Source: Candidatus Latescibacterota bacterium (GTDB lineage: Bacteria; Latescibacterota; UBA2968; UBA8231). From it: 40,505 nt of DNA. Positions 1-8,994 of the stretch are shown here, piece by piece (the first letter of the stretch is position 1; each line of letters starts with the position of its first letter). A model generated the notes under the pieces. That model was not told where the DNA came from. It was given only the letters and a program-made list of their open reading frames with translations, and did not search any database. The translations under genes were made by a program, and so were the position numbers. The DNA is taken from assembly GCA_965219385.1 (NCBI GenBank), contig CBDCNM010000001.1:1290631-1331135 (forward strand), in the 5' to 3' direction.

Positions 1-1
1 G

Positions 2-598
2 AAAGGGGGAGAGCAGCGCCGACGAGGTTTACTCTTCGGCGAATTGGCCCACGCCGCCCTGGAGGCAAGCGCCCTCGACCCCGATGAAGACCGCGCGGCC
101 TGGGTGGATCGCCTCCTGCTGGAAGCCGCCTTGGGCGACCCGGATCTGCACCAGCGCTTCCACCACGACCTGATGGACCTGCTCGCCCGCTTCGAGGACT
201 CGGTCTTCGGTCGAGCCTTGAGCGCAGACCCGGCCGCGCGGATCGAGCAAGCCTTTACCCTCAAGTTAAAAAACGGGATCATCCAGGGTGTGATCGACCG
301 AATCTGCAAGGACCCGGAGGGCACCCCGCGGATCATCGACTACAAAACCGGCCCGGTTGCTCCCCAGGCCAAGGCCACCGAAGCCCAACGCCATCGCCGC
401 CAGATGCAGATCTACGCTCTCTGCCTGCAGCGGCTTTATCCGGACCAGCCGTCATACCGGGCCACGATCTATTTTACCGCGCTCGACCAAACCTGCACCT
501 TTGCATTTACTACGGCGGACCTGCGCCAGGCAGAGGAAGAAATCGAGCAACTCATGCAAGAGGTCTCCTCCAGGTGGCCGTTGCCATGGTCCCAGTAA
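2..598 (+). CDS. C-terminal RecB-family PD-(D/E)XK nuclease domain of an AddA/UvrD-like helicase-nuclease (5' partial)
   Basis: Frame open from the window edge; motifs FGELAHAALE, GVIDRI, IIDYKTG, QMQIYA. Confidence 0.8.
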   Translation, partial: KGGEQRRRGLLFGELAHAALEASALDPDEDRAAWVDRLLLEAALGDPDLHQRFHHDLMDLLARFEDSVFGRALSADPAARIEQAFTLKLKNGIIQGVIDRICKDPEGTPRIIDYKTGPVAPQAKATEAQRHRRQMQIYALCLQRLYPDQPSYRATIYFTALDQTCTFAFTTADLRQAEEEIEQLMQEVSSRWPLPWSQ

Positions 599-653
599 TT
601 TGCCCGAACCGCACCACGTGGCCCATCCCACCCAACAACAAGTGCAAATACCC

Positions 654-2399
654 ATGACTCAGGACAGACAGGATATCGAGTGCGATGTCCTGATTGTAGG
701 CGGCGGTCTCGGTGGCACGGCCGCTGCAATCCGCGCCGCCCGCACCGGCTACAAGGTCTGCCTCACCGAAGAGAACCACTGGCTGGGCGGCCAGTGTACT
801 GCCCAGGGCCTCTCCACCCTGGACGAGCACAAGTACATTGAACGCTTCGGAGGCACGGCCTTGTACGGCGGGTTCCGCAACCACATTCGCGCCTTTTACC
901 GCAAGAATTACCTGCTCGCGGAAAAGGCCGATGCCGATCCCTTCTTCAACCCCGGCGCCCCCCTGAGCGGCCGCCTCAGCTTCGAGCCCCAAGCCGCCCT
1001 TTCAGCCCTTCTCAACATGGTCCTTCCCGAGATCGAAGCACAGAGACTCGAGATTTTTTACCATGCACGCCCACTCGGTGCCGAGATTCACAGCGCAACC
1101 ATTCGGACCGTGACCCTGGAGCAATCGGACTACAACCGCCTCCTCTGTTTCCACCCCGCCTATGTCCTGGATGCAACCGAATTGGGCGATCTCCTGCCTC
1201 TGGTGGGTGCCCCCTTTGCCATGGGCGCCGAGGCCAGGGCTGAAACCGACGAACCCCACGCCAGAGCAGAAGGCCCCGCCCCGCACCTGATCCAGCCCTT
1301 CACCTACCCCTTTGTGGTGGATTTGTGCCCCGGCGAAGACCACACCATCCCCCAACCACCCGACTACGAAAAAAATCGAGACCAGCAACCCTACACCCTG
1401 CCCCACAACCAAGCCCCCCCCGATACCTTCTGGTCCCATCATCGCATCCTGGCCGCCGACCAGTTCGCTCCCGACCAGCTAACCGGCGACCTGATCGCGA
1501 TCAACTGGCCCGCCAACGCCTTCAAGGGAGCCCCCCTCATCGGCAAGGCTCCGCAGGATTGGGCGGAAATCCTCCAGCACGCCAAAAACCTGAGCCTGGG
1601 TTTGCTCTACTGGCTCCAGACCGAAGTCCCGCGTCAGGACGGCCAGGGATGTGGTTACCCGGAACTGCGTCTGCGCCGCGATTTCCTGGGCACCGAGGAC
1701 GGTCTTTCGCAGTCTCCCTACATCCGCGAGTCCCGCCGTATCAAGGCTCGCAAGATTGTACTCGAGCAGGAGATCTCCGCTCAGTACCAACAAACAGCCC
1801 GCGCCGCTTTATTTGCCGACAGCGTCGGCCTGGGCTTCCATCCCTTTGACCTCCTCGCCGCACAGGGTGATCCGGCCTTCTCCGGTCCCACCAAACCCTT
1901 CCAGATTCCCCTGGGGGCACTGATCTCCCAGCAGCTGGACAACCTGTTAACCGCCGGCAAAAATCTGGGCGTCACGCACCTCACCAGCAGCTGTTTTCGC
2001 CCGCATCCAACCGAATGGGCCAGCGGCGAAGCAGCCGGCGCCCTGGCCTGCTTTTGCCTTGGCCAGCAACACAGGCCGGCCACCATCCACGACACTCCCG
2101 ACCTCCTCCGCTCCTTTCAACGGGAACTCCTACGCCATGGCATTCCTCTATACTGGTACGTAGACCTGCCTGTGGAACAACCGGCCTTTGCAGCGACCCA
2201 ACTCCTTGCTCTGGAGGACATTTTGTCCGGCCACACCGGGCATCTGCGCTTCGAACCAGAAACCCTGATTGAGGCAAACCAATTTCAAAGCCTGGTCCAG
2301 GCCGTCGGCCTGGACCAGGATATCGCCGGTTCGGAGCCCCGTTCCCGCAAGGATTTAGCCTGCCTCATTGCAGAGAGCCGATTCGGCCTGTTGGCATAG
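654..2399 (+). CDS. FAD-dependent oxidoreductase (FAD_oxidored family)
   Basis: Rossmann motif DVLIVGGGLGGTAAA, plus DATELGDL, PYIRESRRI, PFQIPLGALI. ATG 654 preferred over the ORF-track start at 357. Confidence 0.85.
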   Translation: MTQDRQDIECDVLIVGGGLGGTAAAIRAARTGYKVCLTEENHWLGGQCTAQGLSTLDEHKYIERFGGTALYGGFRNHIRAFYRKNYLLAEKADADPFFNPGAPLSGRLSFEPQAALSALLNMVLPEIEAQRLEIFYHARPLGAEIHSATIRTVTLEQSDYNRLLCFHPAYVLDATELGDLLPLVGAPFAMGAEARAETDEPHARAEGPAPHLIQPFTYPFVVDLCPGEDHTIPQPPDYEKNRDQQPYTLPHNQAPPDTFWSHHRILAADQFAPDQLTGDLIAINWPANAFKGAPLIGKAPQDWAEILQHAKNLSLGLLYWLQTEVPRQDGQGCGYPELRLRRDFLGTEDGLSQSPYIRESRRIKARKIVLEQEISAQYQQTARAALFADSVGLGFHPFDLLAAQGDPAFSGPTKPFQIPLGALISQQLDNLLTAGKNLGVTHLTSSCFRPHPTEWASGEAAGALACFCLGQQHRPATIHDTPDLLRSFQRELLRHGIPLYWYVDLPVEQPAFAATQLLALEDILSGHTGHLRFEPETLIEANQFQSLVQAVGLDQDIAGSEPRSRKDLACLIAESRFGLLA

Positions 2400-2404
2400 A
2401 AAGT

Positions 2405-2596
2405 CAGTACTTCACGAAATACCCGTAACTATTTGGACCTCAAAGCCGGGAGGGGATCTTGCCGGCAGGCAGGGCGGTGGGGACTGCGAGCCGGCGTAGC
2501 AACGGGAAGGGGGAGCGGGGCAAGAGCGCCTTGGGCATCATAAAACGCCAGAGGCACAAGCCCCGCACGGCCGACCGCCGATTCCGTGAAGTACTG
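2405..2596. mobile_element. 192-bp MITE with 16-bp terminal inverted repeats and 5-bp target duplication
   Basis: CAGTACTTCACGAAAT (2405-2420) vs ATTCCGTGAAGTACTG (2581-2596), 15/16 complementary; AAAGT on both sides (2400-2404, 2597-2601). Confidence 0.85.
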
Positions 2597-2661
2597 AAAG
2601 TATTCCAGAATGGCAATCTTGCTCCGCGGTTGATTTTTCCGTATTTTTTTCTTTTAATGGT

Positions 2662-2737
2662 GCCGCTTTAGCTCAATCGGTAGAGCACCTGATTTGTAAT
2701 CAGGCGGTTGTGGGTTCGAGTCCCATGAGCGGCTCCA
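2662..2737 (+). tRNA. tRNA-Thr (anticodon TGT)
   Basis: 76-nt cloverleaf: acceptor GCCGCTT/GAGCGGC, anticodon arm CCTGA-TTTGTAA-TCAGG, T-loop TTCGAGT, encoded CCA. Confidence 0.97.
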
Positions 2738-2747
2738 ATAACCTATT

Positions 2748-3470
2748 TCACCTCTCCTTGCTGCCTGGCGATTGATAGCCGCCTTGCTGGCGATACTTGA
2801 TTGGCGATATACCTTCTTGTTTTCTAAATGCTTCCGCCAGACGACGGGAATTTTTGAACCCGCACTGATCGGCGATTAAATATACTGGGTCATTGGTTGT
2901 TTTAAGTAAGCCTTTTGCCTTCTCTACTCGGTAGAAGGTCAGTCTTTGTGTAAATGTGGAGCCAATGTGTTTCTGGAACAGACTGGTGGCATAACCCCTT
3001 GAAATATGAAAATATAGACACAGATCCTTTAGCCTCAGCGGGCCCTCCGTAGCATGCTCGCGCAGGAATACATTGAGGCGATTCGCCAGACAGTGCGGAG
3101 AAGGATGCCGCTTCTCGATCAAGCGACAAACCGCCTCAATGAATTCGGCTGCTACTACAGGTTTCATCAAAATGTCCTCCGCCCCCAGTCTCACGGCTTG
3201 CACGATGTCTTGCAAGGCGATCTGCCTGGCCAGCATTACAACCTCCGTTGGGATGCATCTTTGCCGAATGGTTTGCAATACCTTCAATCCATCCAGCCGC
3301 GGCATTTCCAAATCCATGATGGCCAGGTCAAATAGGTTTGTACAGAGTTGCCTCAAGGCCTCTTCTCCATTCTCGGCTACTACTACGTTGCCCAATCCCG
3401 CCTTGACAAGCTCTTCTCGAAGATCAGCGCACACACTGCGATCATCATCCGCGATTAGAATTCGTGCCAT
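2748..3470 (-). CDS. Response regulator, receiver domain plus AraC-type HTH (YesN-like)
   Basis: ILIADDD, AIMDLEMP, MKP receiver motifs; C-terminal IADQCGFKNSRRLAEAFRKQEGISPIKYR. Confidence 0.9.
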   Translation of the reverse strand: MARILIADDDRSVCADLREELVKAGLGNVVVAENGEEALRQLCTNLFDLAIMDLEMPRLDGLKVLQTIRQRCIPTEVVMLARQIALQDIVQAVRLGAEDILMKPVVAAEFIEAVCRLIEKRHPSPHCLANRLNVFLREHATEGPLRLKDLCLYFHISRGYATSLFQKHIGSTFTQRLTFYRVEKAKGLLKTTNDPVYLIADQCGFKNSRRLAEAFRKQEGISPIKYRQQGGYQSPGSKER

Positions 3471-3549
3471 GTCATGCTCTCTCTCTGAGGATTTTAGTTT
3501 TTAGACGGCTTCTTAGAAAAGAGCGGTCGGTCTGTTTACCCCTTCTCTT

Positions 3550-3566
3550 TGCACAAACCATGCCAG
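3550..3566 (-). promoter_or_regulatory. Putative sigma54 (-24/-12) promoter for the response regulator
   Basis: Minus strand CTGGCATGGTTTGTGCA, GG-N10-GC spacing, about 80 bp upstream of ATG 3470. Confidence 0.7.
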
Positions 3567-3736
3567 CATAAAAAAATGTCCTGAATAGAACATCCAAGAC
3601 ATTGAATTATATAAACCTGCGTAAATTGTAATGGATCTGGATAACCGTGCAATTAAATACTTGAATCGTCCAGTTTTATACGACTCGAACTTCCGAGAAA
3701 CACATAACGAACTAAATATATTTCACTTGTACAATC

Positions 3737-3771
3737 TCGTCCTGATACACGAAAAATCGTGCAAAGGACGA
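3737..3771. promoter_or_regulatory. Tandem palindromes, candidate enhancer (UAS) or regulator binding site
   Basis: TCGT-N8-ACGA and TCGT-N7-ACGA 20 bp apart, together forming an imperfect 35-bp inverted repeat; related TCGT-N10-ACGA near 3666-3683. Confidence 0.45.
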
Positions 3772-3926
3772 CAATCACTGCACGGCGGTGTTGCTAGCCT
3801 CTTGCGCCTGGCTTTCTTAGAGTCCCTACGTAAATTCGCTCTGCGGCCCGAGAGCGAGCAAGAAGGGGCGTGGGCCCTCCCTCCACCTGCTGCTGCGTCC
3901 ACTCGCAGCCCACCGCGTTGCCCGTT

Positions 3927-5384
3927 TCAGCCGCGCGCCGCCCAGCGGGGGTTTGGCGACGGCTTCTTAGGACGCCTCAGCCCATATTTCCGCATGCGCG
4001 AACGCAGTTTCTCAGGATGAATCCCCAGCAATTTTGCCGCCCCGCGCTCTCCATAGATTATCCAGTTGGTGGTTTTCAAAGCTCCTATAATACTTTGTTT
4101 TTCCTGTTCTTCTAAAGAAACTCGCCCTCCGCTGTCCGCGCCGGGCACCACAGCCAATTCGGGTTGGTCCATCAACAAGGGCAGGTCGTCGATCTGGATG
4201 GTATTGTCTTTGCATACAAGGATAGCGCGCTGGAGGAGGTGTTCTAGCTCCCGCACATTACCCGGCCAGGAATAGCCTTGAAGATAACCTATAACGCCCA
4301 AACCCAGAGCCGGCACAGGACGATTGAGGTGGCGCGCATATTGCTGGACGAAATAGTCCACCAGCGAGGGAATATCTTCCCGTCGCTGTCGTAGAGGAGG
4401 AAGATCGATAGCGTACCCGCTCAAGCGAAAAAACAAATCTTCTCTGAAGGTCCTTTCGCGGATGGCCTTTCTCAAATCGCGGTTCGTGGCCGCCAGGACC
4501 CGCACATTCACGGGTATGGATTGCCCACCTCCCACCCGGGTCAATCTGTTATCATCCAGTATGTTGAGCAATACCCGCTGCGACTCGATGGGCAAATCCC
4601 CGATTTCATCGAGAAATAAGGTGCCCCCATGGGCGAGTTCAAAATGCCCGATCTTACGTGCTACAGCACCTGTAAAAGCGCCTTTTTCATGCCCAAAAAG
4701 CTCGCTTTCAACCAGGTTTTCGGGAATGGCTCCACAGTTTAGCTGGATAAAGGGTTTCTCCCGTCTCGAACTCATGGAGTGGATGGTGCGCCCCATCAAT
4801 CCCTTGCCAGTGCCGGTTTCTCCTAAGATCAGTACAGTCATATCAGTGTCAGCGACCAGAGAAACATTCTCCATGGTCTTTTGTAAGGAGGGACTTTTGC
4901 TGATCAAAGGTTGCTCGGCGCTCTGAAGGGCCTGTTCCAGCGCCTGGATCCGTTCGTTCTGCGCATCTGCGGTAATCTCTATTTTCAGGCTCACAGGTTC
5001 CGAAATGAGCCCATCTCGATCCATGGCCCGCGCTGAAAAACAGTACTTTCCCGGAGCAAGATTCTTGTACGTCACCTCTGTATCAGAACCACCAATCCAC
5101 ATCCTTCCTTGCCGATCCTCACCCAAACCATAGATTCTTTCCCGACCGAGATCTTGCATTTGAACCACCTCCCTCTCGTCTCCATCCCACTTATAGAACG
5201 TCCCCATATCGCTGCTACCAGCCCAGATCTGTCCACTCTGGTCGACGACAAGCGAAAAGATTGTCCCTTTTGAACCGTCAGCACCGCCACCTATAGAAGT
5301 AATTTCCCCTCCTTCCATGCGCGCCATCCCTCCCGTTATCCCAATCCAGATACGTCCGCTATGATTCTCGACCAATCTCCACAC
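3927..5384 (-). CDS. Sigma54-dependent enhancer-binding protein with eroded beta-propeller/Y_Y_Y sensor region
   Basis: GETGTGKG, GAFTGA, LFLDEIG, WPGNVREL, Fis-type HTH. N-terminus has DxxGRxWIG repeats and a YKNLAPGKYCFSARAMDRDG fragment. Confidence 0.85.
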   Translation of the reverse strand: MWRLVENHSGRIWIGITGGMARMEGGEITSIGGGADGSKGTIFSLVVDQSGQIWAGSSDMGTFYKWDGDEREVVQMQDLGRERIYGLGEDRQGRMWIGGSDTEVTYKNLAPGKYCFSARAMDRDGLISEPVSLKIEITADAQNERIQALEQALQSAEQPLISKSPSLQKTMENVSLVADTDMTVLILGETGTGKGLMGRTIHSMSSRREKPFIQLNCGAIPENLVESELFGHEKGAFTGAVARKIGHFELAHGGTLFLDEIGDLPIESQRVLLNILDDNRLTRVGGGQSIPVNVRVLAATNRDLRKAIRERTFREDLFFRLSGYAIDLPPLRQRREDIPSLVDYFVQQYARHLNRPVPALGLGVIGYLQGYSWPGNVRELEHLLQRAILVCKDNTIQIDDLPLLMDQPELAVVPGADSGGRVSLEEQEKQSIIGALKTTNWIIYGERGAAKLLGIHPEKLRSRMRKYGLRRPKKPSPNPRWAARG

Positions 5385-5420
5385 TTCCGGATGTTTTATG
5401 CACCTTTATGCCCATAGATC

Positions 5421-6215
5421 TCAACCCTGAGTTGCCTTTATGACCTGGCGAGCACTGTCTCCTGTCTGCACGACCCCCACCTGTAGCATCCTCTCTATGG
5501 ACCCGAACCCCAGAAACCGGACTCCCCGACCCATAAGTTCGGGTAGAATATCCGCACTCAAGAAATGCCCTCCGGCTATTTTGCCGTATTCACGACAGGC
5601 CTGGCCTACCCGCTCGACGATCTCCAGCACCTCGGGATGGCCGGTCCGTCCCGGGTGCCCCAAAGCGACACTGAGATCGCCAGGACCAACGTAGAGCACG
5701 TCTACTCCCTCTGTCGCGGCAATCTCATCGATCAAATCCACCGCCGGCCGAGTTTCAATCTGAATGATCGTGAACAGATTGCGGTTGGCTTCTTCCATAA
5801 AGGTGCCCGTGTCATCCGGGCCCGTGAATCTTGTGTGAGGACGGGCAAAATGTGCCCCCCTCTGGCCCAGGGGGGGGTATTTTGAACTGCTCACAGCCCG
5901 CTGCACATCCTCCAGGGATTGACTCATAGGTACCATAATACCCTCGGCCCCGGCGTCCAGTACCCGCTTGATTTCCGCCTGGTCCGGCCCCGGTACCCGG
6001 ACCAGCGGGCACAAACCCTCCTGCTTACCGGCCAGAATCAACTGCATGACGTCCCCTGGATTAAAACAGCCATGCTCGGTGTCCACCAGCATAAAGTCAA
6101 AGTCATTTTGTCGTAGCATCATGGGCACGGCCGGCGTCGTCAATTCAGCTACAAAGGTGCCAAGGGCCACATGGCCCTCGTCCAAGCGGCCCCGCAAGCT
6201 CTTTGCCAGTTCCAT
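5421..6215 (-). CDS. HpcH/HpaI aldolase family protein
   Basis: DFMLVDTEHG, LDAGAEGIMVP, KYPPLGQRG, IQIET, VGPGDLS. Confidence 0.9.
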   Translation of the reverse strand: MELAKSLRGRLDEGHVALGTFVAELTTPAVPMMLRQNDFDFMLVDTEHGCFNPGDVMQLILAGKQEGLCPLVRVPGPDQAEIKRVLDAGAEGIMVPMSQSLEDVQRAVSSSKYPPLGQRGAHFARPHTRFTGPDDTGTFMEEANRNLFTIIQIETRPAVDLIDEIAATEGVDVLYVGPGDLSVALGHPGRTGHPEVLEIVERVGQACREYGKIAGGHFLSADILPELMGRGVRFLGFGSIERMLQVGVVQTGDSARQVIKATQG

Positions 6216-6221
6216 TGCTGC

Positions 6222-6737
6222 TTACTCCTTCCGTTTGTTTTTTACCCAGTCGGAAAGTGCCTGCCAGTACCTCTCATCCCAACAACCCCGGGCAGCCCCT
6301 GAGGTAGAAGGCAGTACGAAAGCCACGGTCAGGCCTATCCTCTCCGGCTGCATCCCGTACTTCACTTGGTGGCCATAGAATTCCTGGGCAGCTCGCTTGC
6401 CGTTGAAGCCCACAGACCAGGGTCTGAACTTCTCGAGCTTGGCGCGCAGAAGCGCGGGCTGAAAATCCGCACGGGACAACTCGCCATCGCTCCCCGCACG
6501 CTGTTTGACCATATCCGTCAGGCCAATGCCACAGGCAAGCAAATGGTGGTATTCCCGGGGCGCGAACCGACGCTGGGTCAGTCCGATCCGATAAAGCACC
6601 TCCCAGAACAGATTGCCTGGGCCGGCGTAATAAGCTCTGGCCTGGGCCGAGCGCGTGCCCACGGCCGAGCCGCAAAACACCAGCTGCAGATCTGGCCCGA
6701 GTACATCCGGTAAAACAGATGCCATTTCATCCTGCAT
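6222..6737 (-). CDS. mug: G/U mismatch-specific DNA glycosylase (MUG/TDG family)
   Basis: LPDVLGPDLQLVFCG, YYAGPGNLFW, GIGLTD, VLPSTSGA. Confidence 0.85.
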   Translation of the reverse strand: MQDEMASVLPDVLGPDLQLVFCGSAVGTRSAQARAYYAGPGNLFWEVLYRIGLTQRRFAPREYHHLLACGIGLTDMVKQRAGSDGELSRADFQPALLRAKLEKFRPWSVGFNGKRAAQEFYGHQVKYGMQPERIGLTVAFVLPSTSGAARGCWDERYWQALSDWVKNKRKE

Positions 6738-6872
6738 TCTATAACTCTATTCAGGTATTTGCAGTGGTTGGCAGCGTACAAGATACAGGGAGGACGAGAT
6801 TATTTCAAGTTGTCCAGAATCCAATCCCATTCAAATATCCCGGCGCTCGAGAAGGCTTGTAATTTCCGACCT

Positions 6873-7895
6873 CTAAGAGAGTTGCACCAGATTCTCGAAA
6901 TACTTGCCGCAATCGCATGTAGTGACCGGGATGTTTAAACGATTTTCGATTGTATCAATCAGTCGAAGTACCGTTGTGGTCAACTCGGATTTTGAGCGTG
7001 CCCCGGCTACTTCTGGGTCCAGGTGATCACAGAAGGTGAGTGCGATTTGAGTCGGACCGTTGAGCATCACGGCCTCTTCCAGATGGGGCCAGGATATACC
7101 TGCGGCCTTGCGACGGCGACGCCCTGAGGTCACACCGTATTCGGCGATGTTTCGTCTATCTTCTTCAACCGGGTCGAGTTGTAGGGGCAAGGGGCCGGCG
7201 CCAACGCGGCTGGGCAGCGCCTTAACGACGAGTATTACTTCTCCGATGTACTGCCAGTTGAGCCCCACGTCATCGGCAAAGGCGACGGCAGTGCAGTTGT
7301 CTGAGGTGCAGTAGGGATAGTCCCGGGACAGCGCCAGCGAAAGATGGGTACCCTGGCTTCCTTCTATCACAACGGTCTCTCCCCGCGCACAGGCGATATT
7401 GAGTTCACGGGCGACATCTGTGGTAAAACCTTCAAGTCGGGGAAGTTGGTGGGCTTGCCGGGCACGGCGCATGACAAACTCGGACCGGGCAACCCCCGTG
7501 CCACTACCCACAGTGCCCACGACTTTATTCAGGTGGGGATCACACGCTTCGCGCTGGCGGTATTCCGGCAGGATGAGCGGACAGCGAAAATCTACCCGAG
7601 TCCGCTGGCGGATACCGTACTGGCGATCGAAGCGCTCGAGTTCGGCCAGGAAGGTTTCTAGGTCCAGGGCCACGCCGCTGCCCACCCGTACCTGGGTGTG
7701 TGGATGCAGGAACCCACACGGTAGTTGGTGGGTGCGTATCTGCTCCCCATCGGCAAAGAAAATGCTGTGCCCTGCATTGGTACCGGTGCCCGCTCGCACA
7801 CTATAGGCGGCCCGATGTTGATGGGCTAGATGAGCGGCGATTTTGCCCTTGCCCGAGTCGCCCCAAAAGGCATCGACAACGATGATGGCACTCAT
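6873..7895 (-). CDS. purA: Adenylosuccinate synthetase, short (340 aa) form
   Basis: WGDSGKGK, NAGH, EGSQG, YPYCTS, SRVGAGPLP, EYGVTSGRRRR. Confidence 0.88.
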   Translation of the reverse strand: MSAIIVVDAFWGDSGKGKIAAHLAHQHRAAYSVRAGTGTNAGHSIFFADGEQIRTHQLPCGFLHPHTQVRVGSGVALDLETFLAELERFDRQYGIRQRTRVDFRCPLILPEYRQREACDPHLNKVVGTVGSGTGVARSEFVMRRARQAHQLPRLEGFTTDVARELNIACARGETVVIEGSQGTHLSLALSRDYPYCTSDNCTAVAFADDVGLNWQYIGEVILVVKALPSRVGAGPLPLQLDPVEEDRRNIAEYGVTSGRRRRKAAGISWPHLEEAVMLNGPTQIALTFCDHLDPEVAGARSKSELTTTVLRLIDTIENRLNIPVTTCDCGKYFENLVQLS

Positions 7896-7959
7896 GGTAT
7901 AGATCTCCTCGATTGAGTTGGAAAAAGCGTCCGGGAATGAGGATATGTTTATTTTGCAG

Positions 7960-7974
7960 ATTAGTAAAATTTAT
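7960..7974. promoter_or_regulatory. Possible LysR T-N11-A box between divergent purA and lysR
   Basis: ATTA-N7-TTAT in an AT-rich intergenic region; second palindrome TCATTAAAAATTTATGA at 7989-8005. Confidence 0.3.
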
Positions 7975-8075
7975 TATTATTATGCTCGTCATTAAAAATT
8001 TATGATTCTAACGCTTTTTTGAGTTTCGCTGGAATTCATTTATTTACCATCCAACTCAAAATCCATGAGGTATCC

Positions 8076-8971
8076 GTGGACCTGAACCAATTGCGTGGAT
8101 TTTTCGAGATCGCACGAGAGCAAAGTTTCACCAGGGCCGCAGATAAGCTTTTCCTGACCCAACCGGCTATCAGTCTGCGGATCAAGAGCCTCGAAGAGGA
8201 GTTGGGCGAGCCCCTCTTCGAGCGCCAACGCCGGAATATCCGCCTGACCCCCGCCGGCGAAATACTCTACCAGCGGGCTTTGAAGATTTTTGTAGAGTTG
8301 GAGGAGATCCGCACCGAGATCGCCGCTTTGCAGGATGTGTTGCGGGGCCGTTTGGTGATTGGCACCAGCGATACCAATTGCACCTACGTACTGCCCGAGT
8401 TGCTGCGGATCTTCAGCCGCGATTATCCCCACGTAGAGATCGATATACGCAATAAAATGTCTTCGGAAGTGGTTCGTCTGGTAATTGAAGATCAGGTGGA
8501 CTTTGGCCTGGCTACCCTTCCGGTGCGGCGCCCTGATCTGGCCGGCGCGGAACTCTTTCGGCGCCGGGAGGCCTTCATCTGTAGACCGGATCACCCATTG
8601 GGACACCGCAAGATCGTCCGCCTGGAAGAGATTGCGGAAAGCCCTGTGCTGGCCCTGGAGCAGGGCAGTACGAGCCGGCAATTGCTCGACGAGGCCTGTT
8701 TCGCCGGGTGGGGGTGATCCTGCCCATGGCGATGAATCTGGGCAGTATCGAGGTCATCAAGAGCTTCGTGGAGTACGGATTGGGGGTCGCGATAGTGCCA
8801 CGAGTAGCAGTAGAGCAAGAAGTGGAGGTGGGACGGCTCGTCGCTCTTAGGGTGCGGGGGCTGCCGCCGCGGTCGGTGGGTTTGATCGAGCGGCGCGGCA
8901 AGAATCGTTCGCCGGCGGCCGAGGTATTCCTCGATATGCTCGACAAACGGGTGAAAGGACTGGTATTTTAA
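8076..8971 (+). pseudogene. LysR-family regulator, frameshifted near 8700
   Basis: GTG start after GAGG; HTH SFTRAADKLFLTQPAIS. First frame stops at 8717; the C-terminus (GSIEVIKSFVEYGLGVAIVP) continues in the frame of ORF 8708-8971. Could be a sequencing indel. Confidence 0.85.
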
Positions 8972-8994
8972 GGATCGGTAGTTGTAAACGGCCT

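Noticed and set aside
357..653. N-terminal extension of the FAD oxidoreductase
   Set aside because: It overlaps the upstream nuclease gene; the Rossmann motif begins just after ATG 654.
3631..4020. 129-aa plus-strand ORF
   Set aside because: It spans regulatory DNA and the antisense end of the activator, with no recognisable motif.
2662..5400. Integrative element at tRNA-Thr
   Set aside because: I saw no integrase and no duplicated tRNA 3' end.
6873..7895. PurZ (Z-base synthesis enzyme)
   Set aside because: The catalytic Asp is retained (GDSGKG, not GSTGKG) and there is no phage context.
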